Source of the DNA: Candidatus Hydrothermarchaeota archaeon
GTDB taxonomy: Archaea; Hydrothermarchaeota; Hydrothermarchaeia; Hydrothermarchaeales; JAADFM01
Length of the DNA stretch: 38,920 nt
Direction of reading: 5' to 3'
NCBI GenBank assembly: GCA_964534545.1
Contig: CAZHQS010000002.1
Coordinates: 1 to 38,920, forward strand
The position numbers were made by a program, and so were the translations under genes. Of the stretch, positions 6,822 through 14,785 are shown piece by piece; the stretch's first letter is position 1, and the number at the start of each line of letters is the position of its first letter. Under the pieces are notes generated by a model. The model was not told the origin of the DNA and did not search any database. It saw only the letters and a program-made list of their open reading frames with translations.

Positions 6822-7964
6822 CTACTCGATCTCCTCTGGCCAGTAGAACCAGAAGGGGTTGGCCCTGGGGGCCGCCACCTGCTGGGGCACCGCAGGGAGC
6901 TCCACGGCCCTCAGGAACCTGGCCATGCCGAGGCGGTATATGGTCTCGCCAATCCTTTCCTTGGTGCGGCCGTTCTCGTCCCACCAGTCCGTTATGTTGT
7001 CGATGAGGGTCTTGAGGTTTTGGTAGGGGGGCTTCAGTTTTATGAAGGGTATCAGGGTCCAGCCAAGGAAGGCCCCGTATCTCCCCCGGGCCCGCCCCCC
7101 TATGAGGATCGTGGCGCCCTTCTCCTCTCCGGGTTTTAGTGCCCTTGGCATCTTGTTCAGGCAGTGCATGCACCGGACACAGTCCCCCTCCTTCAGCTCC
7201 AGCTCCGTCCCGTCCCATCGGATGGCACCGGTGGGGCATTTTGAGCAGATGCGGGAGATATCCAGGCCATCATCGGCATACCTTTTGACCTCCCCCTGTT
7301 TTATCCGCATAGGCCCCTTCCACGTCCCTATGATGGCAAGGTCAGACCTTGCCACCGCCCCGGTGGCGTCGTTGGGGCAGCCCGATATCTTTATCTTGAA
7401 CTTGTAGGGGAACCTGGGCCGGTGGGTCTCCCCGATGTATTCCCTCATGAGCTCCTGGTATATCCCCAGGGTGTCGATGCAGGCGAGGTTGCACCTGGCG
7501 GGCCCGATACAGCAGCTCATGGTCCTTATGGTGGCGCCGGAGCTGCCGATGTCGAAGTCCATCCTGGCGAACTCGTTGAAGCACTGGACCATGTCCTCCT
7601 TTTTTATCCCGATGAGCTGGATATTCCCCTGGGCGCCGTGGAAGTTCATCAGGCCCCTGCCGTACCTCTCCCAGATGTCACAGATCTCCCGGAGGTGCCT
7701 CGTGGTGTAGAACCAGGCCGCCGGGGAGGTGATCCTGAGGCTGTGGTTGTCCCTGATGATCTCCGGGGAGTCGCTCAGCCTCCCTATGACCCCTGAATCG
7801 TAGCCCGGGATACCCACCATGCCGCCGTGCTTCCAGTGGACCACCCTGTCCTGGTACATCTTCTCGTAGATGGCCACGAGCTCCTTGTAGCCCGTCCTCT
7901 TCATCTCGGTGACATGGCTGGGCCAGGGGCCCTTCTCAAGTTCGTCGATTAGACCTTCTCCCAC
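6822..7964 (-). CDS. dsrA: Dissimilatory sulfite reductase alpha subunit (short form, 380 aa)
   Basis: GTG start after GGGTGAG. LEKGPWPSHVTEMKR, HWKHGGMVG, CIGPARC (CX5C), PYKFKIKISGCPNDA, ferredoxin insert CSKCPTGA...CVRCMHCLNKMP, C-terminal PRANPFWFYW. Confidence 0.9.
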   Translation of the reverse strand: MGEGLIDELEKGPWPSHVTEMKRTGYKELVAIYEKMYQDRVVHWKHGGMVGIPGYDSGVIGRLSDSPEIIRDNHSLRITSPAAWFYTTRHLREICDIWERYGRGLMNFHGAQGNIQLIGIKKEDMVQCFNEFARMDFDIGSSGATIRTMSCCIGPARCNLACIDTLGIYQELMREYIGETHRPRFPYKFKIKISGCPNDATGAVARSDLAIIGTWKGPMRIKQGEVKRYADDGLDISRICSKCPTGAIRWDGTELELKEGDCVRCMHCLNKMPRALKPGEEKGATILIGGRARGRYGAFLGWTLIPFIKLKPPYQNLKTLIDNITDWWDENGRTKERIGETIYRLGMARFLRAVELPAVPQQVAAPRANPFWFYWPEEIE

Positions 7965-8078
7965 AATCTCACCCTAGATGTTAGTTATTGAGTGTTCTAG
8001 AATATACACTTTACTAAGAATCGATAGAGTTATCTAAAAGGAACAATAAAGAAGGAAGGTGAGGAAGGGAGGATATAA

Positions 8079-9029
8079 ATGGCGGCATCCGCTCCGTTAG
8101 ACATCGGCCCGGGAAGGCGCGACAATCTCGTATGGGTAGTTTTCTTTGGGGCCCTATTGCTGCTGCCTGTCTGTATCTCTGCGATGCCCGAGTACTCGGA
8201 GAGGACCGGCGAGGGCTGCGGGACGTGCCATCTGGAGGATGACGGCGGTCCCTTGAGCAGGGAAGGCCTCGAGTATGCTGCTTCAGGCTACACGTGGCCC
8301 CCTGAAGGGGGGTACAGGGTCCTGGGGCCAATGGGTAAGTACCTCCGGCTCCTGGTGGGCTTCCTTCACCTTGCAGCTGCCTTCATTTGGTTCGGTGCCA
8401 TTTTATATGTCCACATCCTCCTCAGGCCGGGCTATGCCTCCAAGGGACTACCAAAGGGAGAGGTGGTCATGGGCCTTGTTTCCATGGTCCTTGTGGGTAT
8501 AACCGGTGTGCTGCTTACCGTATCGAGGGTCAAGGGTCTTGACGTGCTGTACTCCAGCCGGTGGGGGATGGTCCTCTCCATCAAGATCATCCTTTATGTC
8601 GTCATGGTCTCCGGCGCCCTCGTTGTAGTGACCTTCGTGGGACCGAGGCTTAAAAGGAGGGCGGGACGCCCCGAGCCTCCCGCCGGGGGGATCTATGACC
8701 CCCTGACCCTCTCGTGGTTTGACGGAAAGGAGGGCAGACCCCCCTATGTTGCCTACAGGGGAGAGGTCTATGATATGAGCGGCCTCGAGCTGTGGAGGGA
8801 TGGGACCCACATGAAGCACAGGGCAGGGGAGGACCTCTCGGATGCCATGAAAAGGGCCCCCCACGGAGATGAAAAACTGGAGCCCCTGAAGGTCGTGGGC
8901 TCCTTTGATGCTGGATTGAGCCCCCCCAGGCGCCCCATAGAAAAGGTCTTCTATTTCATAGCATATATGAACCTCGTGCTGGTGTTCTCGGTGCTCTTTG
9001 TGATCTCCTACTGGAGGTGGGGGCTATAG
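8079..9029 (+). CDS. Membrane protein fusing an N-terminal CxxCH motif, a CopD-like TM domain and a cytochrome b5-like domain
   Basis: Strong RBS tract GGTGAGGAAGGGAGGA. Signal anchor then YSERTGEGCGTCH. TM helices with LHLAAAFIWFGAILYVH (CopD-like). Soluble insert LSWFDGKEGRPPYVAYRGEVYDMS...HRAGEDLS (b5/steroid-binding-like). Final TM helix. Confidence 0.75.
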   Translation: MAASAPLDIGPGRRDNLVWVVFFGALLLLPVCISAMPEYSERTGEGCGTCHLEDDGGPLSREGLEYAASGYTWPPEGGYRVLGPMGKYLRLLVGFLHLAAAFIWFGAILYVHILLRPGYASKGLPKGEVVMGLVSMVLVGITGVLLTVSRVKGLDVLYSSRWGMVLSIKIILYVVMVSGALVVVTFVGPRLKRRAGRPEPPAGGIYDPLTLSWFDGKEGRPPYVAYRGEVYDMSGLELWRDGTHMKHRAGEDLSDAMKRAPHGDEKLEPLKVVGSFDAGLSPPRRPIEKVFYFIAYMNLVLVFSVLFVISYWRWGL

Positions 9030-9542
9030 CCAGAACTCCGGATACCTCCGGCTTTTCGGGATGTTGTTCACCAGAAGGGCCACCAGCAGCATGATGGGCG
9101 CACCCGTCCCCACCGGTACCAGGACGTAGAGGTACCCCAGGGCATGGATCTTCTGGCTTCCTATGACGGCAATCAGGGCCGTCGCTCCGCCCGGTGGATG
9201 CAGGGTTTTGGTGGCGTGCATGACGGCAATGGCGGTTGCCACCGCCGCAGAGGCGGCCAGCCACATCTGCCCATGGAACAGCTGGTAGCTGGTCACACCG
9301 ATGATAGCAGAGAGGACATGGCCCCCTATGAGGTTCCTCGGCTGGGCCAGGGGGCTTTTGATGGCGCCGTAGATGAGCACGGCCGAGGCCCCGAAGGAGC
9401 CGATGACCATCACCAGGTCCGTCCCCTCGAGGATGTTGAAATTGATGTATGCCACCGCCGCTATGCCCAGGAAGGCGCCGACCCATGACCAGATGATCTC
9501 TGAAAGGCCGACCCTCGGGGGGCTCCTCGTGGTACCCCTCAT
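9024..9542 (-). CDS. HPP-family membrane protein
   Basis: The HPP motif TKTLHPPGGATALIAV and 4-5 TM helices. I chose start MRGTTRSPP at 9542 because the longer track ORF overlaps the CBS gene. No clear SD is present. Confidence 0.75.
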   Translation of the reverse strand: MRGTTRSPPRVGLSEIIWSWVGAFLGIAAVAYINFNILEGTDLVMVIGSFGASAVLIYGAIKSPLAQPRNLIGGHVLSAIIGVTSYQLFHGQMWLAASAAVATAIAVMHATKTLHPPGGATALIAVIGSQKIHALGYLYVLVPVGTGAPIMLLVALLVNNIPKSRRYPEFWL

Positions 9543-9564
9543 CTTTTGGAAGTATCCCAAGGCT

Positions 9565-10161
9565 TCACCTCCAGAAGGGCGATTCCATGACATCTGCCCG
9601 GCTGACGATGCCCACGAGATGTCCTTCACCGTCAACCACCGGCACCCGGTTTATGGCCTTATCCTTGAAGGTGTTGATGATTTCCAGGAGGGTGGTCTCC
9701 TCCCTGACGGTCACAGCCGGGGAGGTCATGATGTCCCCGGCCCTCTGGGCACGCATGGGTGCGGCCATGCACCCCCCTCCCTTCAGACACTCTGCCACCA
9801 CCTCCATGAAGGTCTTTGAATCCTTGGCGCCCATGTGGGTTAGGAAGTCCCTTTCGGAGATGACCCCCACAACCTCCCCATCCTCCCCAAGCACCGGCAC
9901 CCCGGATATCCTGCGGTCTGCCATGGCCTCGGCCACCTCCTGCAGGTGTGTGTCCTTTTTCACGGAAACCACGTCCCTGGTCATGATGTCCCGGGCCTTG
10001 ACCGACCTGGTGAGGCGTTCTGCAGCGTGCCTGTAGGCCAGATGGTAGATCTCTTTAAGGTCCCCGGATGTTATATCCAGGTATCCGGGGATATCCTTCA
10101 TGGCCTCGTAGATATCATCGTCTGAGATATCTACTGGTTGGGGATTTTTATCGTCTCTCAT
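9565..10161 (-). CDS. Tandem CBS-domain protein
   Basis: Two CBS repeats (IMTRDVVSVKKDTHLQEVAEAMADRRISGVPVL and IMTSPAVTVREETTLLEIINTFKDKAINRVPVV). Starts 3 nt after the cupin stop. Confidence 0.85.
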   Translation of the reverse strand: MRDDKNPQPVDISDDDIYEAMKDIPGYLDITSGDLKEIYHLAYRHAAERLTRSVKARDIMTRDVVSVKKDTHLQEVAEAMADRRISGVPVLGEDGEVVGVISERDFLTHMGAKDSKTFMEVVAECLKGGGCMAAPMRAQRAGDIMTSPAVTVREETTLLEIINTFKDKAINRVPVVDGEGHLVGIVSRADVMESPFWR

Positions 10162-10164
10162 TGT

Positions 10165-10494
10165 CTAAATCGGCGGGGTGATTCCCACAAGGACCTTCAT
10201 CCTGGTTGTGGCCCTTATACCATGGGGCTCGCTGACCTGGGATACCAGGGTCGAACCTTTCTTGGCAGGGACATCCTCTTCTCCCCCTGTGAAGAACCCT
10301 TCTCCATCCACCACATGGAGGACCACCTCGGATTCCACGTCATGGGAGTGGACCGGCAGCTCCTGACCAGGCTCGAAGCAGAAGAGGATGAGCCTGATGT
10401 TGGGGGAGTCGTGGACAATCTTCATCCAGAAATTTTCTTCAGAGAAATTGGCGATTTCATCTATCTCGAACTTTGTCAAAGGGGACACCTCCAT
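10165..10494 (-). CDS. Cupin-domain protein
   Basis: 109 aa with cupin-like motifs (GQELPVHSHDVESEVVLHVVDGEG; PHGIRA). Confidence 0.75.
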   Translation of the reverse strand: MEVSPLTKFEIDEIANFSEENFWMKIVHDSPNIRLILFCFEPGQELPVHSHDVESEVVLHVVDGEGFFTGGEEDVPAKKGSTLVSQVSEPHGIRATTRMKVLVGITPPI

Positions 10495-10498
10495 TAAT

Positions 10499-10540
10499 AA
10501 TACACATAATCATGGGATATGTATTTTCCCGAACATGTTC
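10499..10540. promoter_or_regulatory. Inverted repeats directly upstream of the cupin-CBS-HPP operon
   Basis: Perfect 10-nt palindrome GAACATGTTC (10531-10540). Imperfect inverted repeat AATACACAT/ATATGTATT (10499-10507 / 10517-10525). There is no SD before the ATG at 10494, so the transcript may be leaderless. Confidence 0.3.
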
Positions 10541-10544
10541 TGGC

Positions 10545-11129
10545 TTACTTGGCCAGCTCCTCTTCTATGACCTCTTTTATGTAGGGATACCCCTTGGTAT
10601 TGGGCACCTTCCTGCCGTTGATGTAGAGGGTCGGCGTGCCGATCACCCCTTGCTCCACGGCAGCCCTGAGGTCGTCCAGGACCTCCTCTTTATATTTCCC
10701 GGAATCCAGGCACTCCCTGAACCGGGCCTCCTCCAGGCCCACCTGGGCGGCGTACCGGTAGAAAGCGCTCCCGTCCCTTGCCCACTCCCTCACGTTCTCG
10801 AAGAGGAGGTCGTGGTAGGGCCAGAACTCCCCCTGCTCGTGGGCGCACTCGGCGGCCATGGCAGCGCTGAGGCTCACCTGCCCCCCCGGGACATGGCGGT
10901 AGACTATCCTCACCCTGTCCCCGTAGTCCTCCTTCAACTCCTGGAAGGTGGTGTCATGGAACATCTTGCAGGTGAGGCAGCCATAGCTGGAGAACTCCAC
11001 CACCTCCACCTTAGCGTCGGCAGGGCCCAGGAAGGGCTCATCCAGGAGGGCCGGGGTCTCCTCCGGGGCGGTCTGCGGAGCGGCCAGGCATCCCGTCAGC
11101 AGCCACAGGAGGAGCAGGGAGGTCCTCAT
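10545..11129 (-). CDS. DsbA/thioredoxin-fold lipoprotein (thiol:disulfide oxidoreductase)
   Basis: Lipobox MRTSLLLLWLLTGC; CxxC active site SSYGCLTCKMF; GTPTLYINGRK. 4-nt overlap with the upstream permease gene. Confidence 0.85.
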   Translation of the reverse strand: MRTSLLLLWLLTGCLAAPQTAPEETPALLDEPFLGPADAKVEVVEFSSYGCLTCKMFHDTTFQELKEDYGDRVRIVYRHVPGGQVSLSAAMAAECAHEQGEFWPYHDLLFENVREWARDGSAFYRYAAQVGLEEARFRECLDSGKYKEEVLDDLRAAVEQGVIGTPTLYINGRKVPNTKGYPYIKEVIEEELAK

Positions 11130-12757
11130 TCTCCCACCCTTATGAGCTCGTAGGGCTCCATGCCCACGCTCTTCCTCGTGGACAGGGTGGCCCCCATGGC
11201 ACCCACGGCGGCCGAGAGGAGCACCACCCCCAGGGCGAGGCCCACCACCAGGAGGTCCCCGGGCCAGATAAAGGGTAGCTTGAGGCTGGCGGTCACCGCC
11301 TTCCTGAAACCTATCACCACGGCGCCGCCCAGGCAGGACCCCAGGACCCCCCCCACCAGGCCGATGAAGGCCGCCTCTCGGGCGAAGAGCCCCAGGACGA
11401 ATCCCGTGCTGGCCCCCATGGCCCTGATGATACCAAGCTCCCTCTTGCGTTCGTTCACCGTCATGGAGGATATGAGGGATATGCCGGAGACGGCAAAGAG
11501 CCAGACCGCCGACATCAGGAGCAGGAAGGCCAGGAAGAGCCCGTCAAGCCTCTCCCTCACCACGGCGGTGGCCTTCCTGACCGGGATGGCCGAGACCCCC
11601 GGGATCCCCTCTATGGCCTCGGCCACCAGCTCGGCCTCCCCCTGGGACCTCACCTTCACATGGATGGTGGAGATGGAGTCCCCTGGAACCCCCTGGAAGC
11701 CGGCGGCCTCATCCAGGGTGATGAAGACGGAGTTGTCGAAGAACTCCATGCCCGTGCGCCTGAGGGTCCCGATGACGTAGAACTCCCTACCCTGGAGGGG
11801 AATCCTCTGGCCCCTGGAGTACTTGACACCGTATCCCACGATGGCCTCCTCGGGGCCCATACGGGTATCCTGGGGGCGGGCAAGCCATGGCTCCACAGTG
11901 AAATCCGACCCCGGCTCTATCCCCACCACCCCGGCCTCGAAGGGCACGCCGAGCTTTGTGTAGGTGAAGGAACCCGCATAGAGCTGGGGTGAGGTTTCCT
12001 CCACCCAGGGTAGGGCCGCCACCTCCTGGAGGACCTCTTCCTCCATGTAGACCGGTCTGAAGCCGGTGCCCAGGAGGATATCCTGGGCCACAAAGGACTG
12101 CTCCTCGGGGACCACGATGATATCCACACCGATCCGGGCGGTGAGGCTCTCAAGGCCCCTCTTCGAGCCTTCCATGATGATGGTGCCGGAAAAGAGGGCA
12201 GAGGAGGCCACGGCTACCAGGAAGACCTGCACGAAGCTGCGGAAGGGTCTCTCCCTGATGTTCTGGAGTATCAGGTAGGAGGTCCTGAGGCGCTGTCTTT
12301 TGCTAAGGGTTACCTCCCATCCCCTGTGGCCCCCGTAGCCGGCCAGGATGGTCAGAAGGCCCAGGAAATAGAGGAGGAGCTGGATGCCCACATGGGCCCG
12401 GATGGAGTTCTTCCCTGCCCAGATCATGGGGTTGTAGGACATGCCCAGGAGGTCCGCCCCCATCTTGAGATAGTGCTCCACGGGCATCATCGCGTAGCCC
12501 GCCAGGACCACAAGCCCCCCCAGGACCATGACACCCCCGTGGAGGGCCCTTCGGGACCACCCCAGGACCTGGAGGATGCCCAGGAGGAATATCCCGGCCC
12601 CCAGGAAGAGCTCCGGGTGATAGGTCCAGGAATAGCACCGCTCCTTGATGATGGCCTCGGTGAAGGTGGTGGTGGTCCTGGTTGGCAGGAGGTGGTGGGG
12701 AAGGGCCATGGTGGCAAGCCCCAGGACCGCGGTGATGTAGCCGTGAAGTTTTGCCAT
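11126..12757 (-). CDS. MacB/FtsX-type ABC permease with an extra N-terminal 4-TM domain (module 2, permease B)
   Basis: About 150 aa of extra TM helices (contains ...ERCYSWTYHPE...) come before the canonical start-like LILQNIRERPFRSFV. Then RIGVDIIVVPE, an extracytoplasmic domain, and NERKRELGIIRAMGAS plus three TM helices. Confidence 0.85.
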   Translation of the reverse strand: MAKLHGYITAVLGLATMALPHHLLPTRTTTTFTEAIIKERCYSWTYHPELFLGAGIFLLGILQVLGWSRRALHGGVMVLGGLVVLAGYAMMPVEHYLKMGADLLGMSYNPMIWAGKNSIRAHVGIQLLLYFLGLLTILAGYGGHRGWEVTLSKRQRLRTSYLILQNIRERPFRSFVQVFLVAVASSALFSGTIIMEGSKRGLESLTARIGVDIIVVPEEQSFVAQDILLGTGFRPVYMEEEVLQEVAALPWVEETSPQLYAGSFTYTKLGVPFEAGVVGIEPGSDFTVEPWLARPQDTRMGPEEAIVGYGVKYSRGQRIPLQGREFYVIGTLRRTGMEFFDNSVFITLDEAAGFQGVPGDSISTIHVKVRSQGEAELVAEAIEGIPGVSAIPVRKATAVVRERLDGLFLAFLLLMSAVWLFAVSGISLISSMTVNERKRELGIIRAMGASTGFVLGLFAREAAFIGLVGGVLGSCLGGAVVIGFRKAVTASLKLPFIWPGDLLVVGLALGVVLLSAAVGAMGATLSTRKSVGMEPYELIRVGE

Positions 12758-12759
12758 TA

Positions 12760-13428
12760 TTACTGGGATACTATTTTACCGTCCTTCATGGTGAGCATGG
12801 CCTGGGCCTCCCTTGCCAGGGCCTTGTTGTGGGTGACCATGACGAAGGTGACCCCCTCCTCCCGGTTCATCCTCCGGAATAGCTCCATAACAGTGGCCTC
12901 GCTCTCCTCGTCCAGGTCCCCGGTGGGCTCGTCGGCCAGGATGATCTTGGGCCGGTTCATGAAGGCCCTGGCGATGGCGACACGGCGCTGCTGGCCCCCG
13001 GAGAGCTCCGAGGGATAGGCCTCTATCTTGTCGGTCAGCTCCACCATATCCAGGAGGTCCCTTGCCCTCTCCAGGCTCTCCTCCTGCTGTTTGCAGAAGA
13101 AGGTGGGCAGGAGGAGGTTGTCCAGGACATTGAGGGTGGGGATGAGGCTTGCAAACTGGAACATGAAACCTATGGTCAGGTTGCGGAAGATGGACATCTC
13201 CCTGTCGTCCAGGGTCCAGATGTCCGTGCCCTCGATGGTGACGGTCCCTGCGGTGGGTTTGGTCAGACCGCCGATAAGGCTCAGGAGGGTGGTCTTGCCG
13301 CTGCCGGAGTGGCCCACGATGGAGACGAAATCCCCGGCCCCGATCTCCAGGTTGATGTTGTCCACAGCCCGAATCTCTCCAGAACCGACCTTGTAGACCT
13401 TGGTTAGATTGCTAAGGGATATCATCAT
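12760..13428 (-). CDS. ABC transporter ATP-binding protein, MacB/LolD-like (module 2)
   Basis: GHSGSGKTT, LSGGQQRRVAIARAF, IILADEPTGDLD. Close paralogue of 2745..3413. Confidence 0.92.
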   Translation of the reverse strand: MMISLSNLTKVYKVGSGEIRAVDNINLEIGAGDFVSIVGHSGSGKTTLLSLIGGLTKPTAGTVTIEGTDIWTLDDREMSIFRNLTIGFMFQFASLIPTLNVLDNLLLPTFFCKQQEESLERARDLLDMVELTDKIEAYPSELSGGQQRRVAIARAFMNRPKIILADEPTGDLDEESEATVMELFRRMNREEGVTFVMVTHNKALAREAQAMLTMKDGKIVSQ

Positions 13429-14675
13429 TCTCCTCTCCTTATGGCCTCATAGGGCTCCATCCTGCTGGATATGATGGCCGGGTAGAGGGCCGAGACGATG
13501 CCTGTCAGGATGGAAAGGCCCAGGGATATCAGCACCATCTCCAGGATGTAGCCCGTGTCGGGCCATACATAGGGCACCTTCAAAACGGTCAGGATATCCT
13601 TCTCAAAGGCCTTTATCACCAGCCCGCTTGCCACTACCCCCAGGATACCGCCGAGGGTGGTCAGGGTGACGGACTCCAGCATGATCAGCCTGAAGACGAA
13701 TCCCTTGGTGGCCCCCATGGCCCTGGTGAGGCCGATCTCCCTCTTCCTCTCATTGACTATCATGGAAAAGACCGCCCCGATCATCACCACGGCCATGAGC
13801 CAGATGACCGCACTCAGGGCAAAGAGCCCCTTCAGAAGGGATGAGAGCTGCTCCTTGACCGAGGATATGGCCTCCTGGGAGACTATGGCCTTGACCCTGG
13901 GGATGGCGGGGTCCTGGAGGTTTGCCCTGGCCAGGGCGTTCTCGATCCTGAAGGAGGCCCTCTTGGCCCCGATGACCTCGTCGCTTTTGACCAGGACCAC
14001 CGAGATCTGGTCATCCCGGAGAAGCAGGTCCTCGACCTTGTCCTCGGGGTCGGCATCCCCCCGGGAGTCCGCTGCCATCTGGTAGGCGGTCTGGATGGGG
14101 ATGAAGGCGGCGTTGTCAAAGAAACCTATCCCGGTCTCTTCAAGCTTTGCTACCACATTGAACTGGTGACCGAAGAATTTCAGTTTTGCCCCTTCGTCCC
14201 AGTAGAAGCCCCCCCCGATGATGAGGTCGTCGGGACCTATCTCCCCCTTGAGGGTGCTCTTGACCCAGGGCCTTACCGTCAGGTCGGTTTCCGGGTCGAA
14301 GCCTATGAGGAGGACGTTCCATCCAACGCAACAGGCCTTGGAGGCGGTCTTGAGGAAGACCTGGGGAGTGGCCTCCTTTACCCCATCCACACCCCTTACG
14401 ATATCCAGGACCCTGGCGTCCATGTAAAAGGTGCTGGGTTCACCCCCCAGGAGGGTGGCCTGGGCAGAGGTCTCGGCACCTTCAGGGACCACGATGATGT
14501 CTGCCCCGAGCCTGGATGCCCCCAGCTCGATACTGTTCTCGACGCTCTTCATGAGGAGGGTGCCGGAGAAGAGGGTGGCAGAGGCAATGGCCACGCTGAG
14601 GACCAGGGTGATGCTGCGGAAGAGTTTCCGCTGGATGTTCTGTCTGATGAGGTAGAAGAGGTTCAGCCTTGCCAT
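13425..14675 (-). CDS. MacB/FtsX-type ABC permease (module 2, permease A)
   Basis: Start MARLNLFYLIRQNIQRKLFRS at 14675 follows AGAGGG. RLGADIIVVPEG, vicinal Cys in SKACCVGW, NERKREIGLTRAMGATK. 4-nt overlap with the ATPase gene. Confidence 0.85.
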   Translation of the reverse strand: MARLNLFYLIRQNIQRKLFRSITLVLSVAIASATLFSGTLLMKSVENSIELGASRLGADIIVVPEGAETSAQATLLGGEPSTFYMDARVLDIVRGVDGVKEATPQVFLKTASKACCVGWNVLLIGFDPETDLTVRPWVKSTLKGEIGPDDLIIGGGFYWDEGAKLKFFGHQFNVVAKLEETGIGFFDNAAFIPIQTAYQMAADSRGDADPEDKVEDLLLRDDQISVVLVKSDEVIGAKRASFRIENALARANLQDPAIPRVKAIVSQEAISSVKEQLSSLLKGLFALSAVIWLMAVVMIGAVFSMIVNERKREIGLTRAMGATKGFVFRLIMLESVTLTTLGGILGVVASGLVIKAFEKDILTVLKVPYVWPDTGYILEMVLISLGLSILTGIVSALYPAIISSRMEPYEAIRRGE

Positions 14676-14785
14676 TATACCCTCTTTGTTTATTGTCACA
14701 TCGGTAAAAAATAAGAGAGATGGTTTTCCCGAGATCGAAGCCCAAGCAAATCCTATAAATACCACTAATAATCCAATAAAGGGTT

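Noticed and set aside
4466-7139. Very long ORFs antisense to real genes, for example 4466..5776(-), 5781..7139(+), 753..1529(-), 21250..21924(+), 23814..25091(+), 29551..30771(+) and 10473..11153(+).
   Set aside because: Their low-complexity, Gly/Pro/Arg/His-rich translations carry no motifs. Each lies exactly opposite an ORF with clear family motifs. They are typical shadow ORFs of GC-rich coding DNA.
9543-9635. Overlap of the CBS and HPP ORFs as evidence for a frameshifted HPP-CBS fusion pseudogene.
   Set aside because: Known fusions are ordered HPP then CBS, the opposite of this arrangement. Both ORFs are complete, and an internal ATG gives a typical HPP N-terminus 22 nt after the CBS stop.
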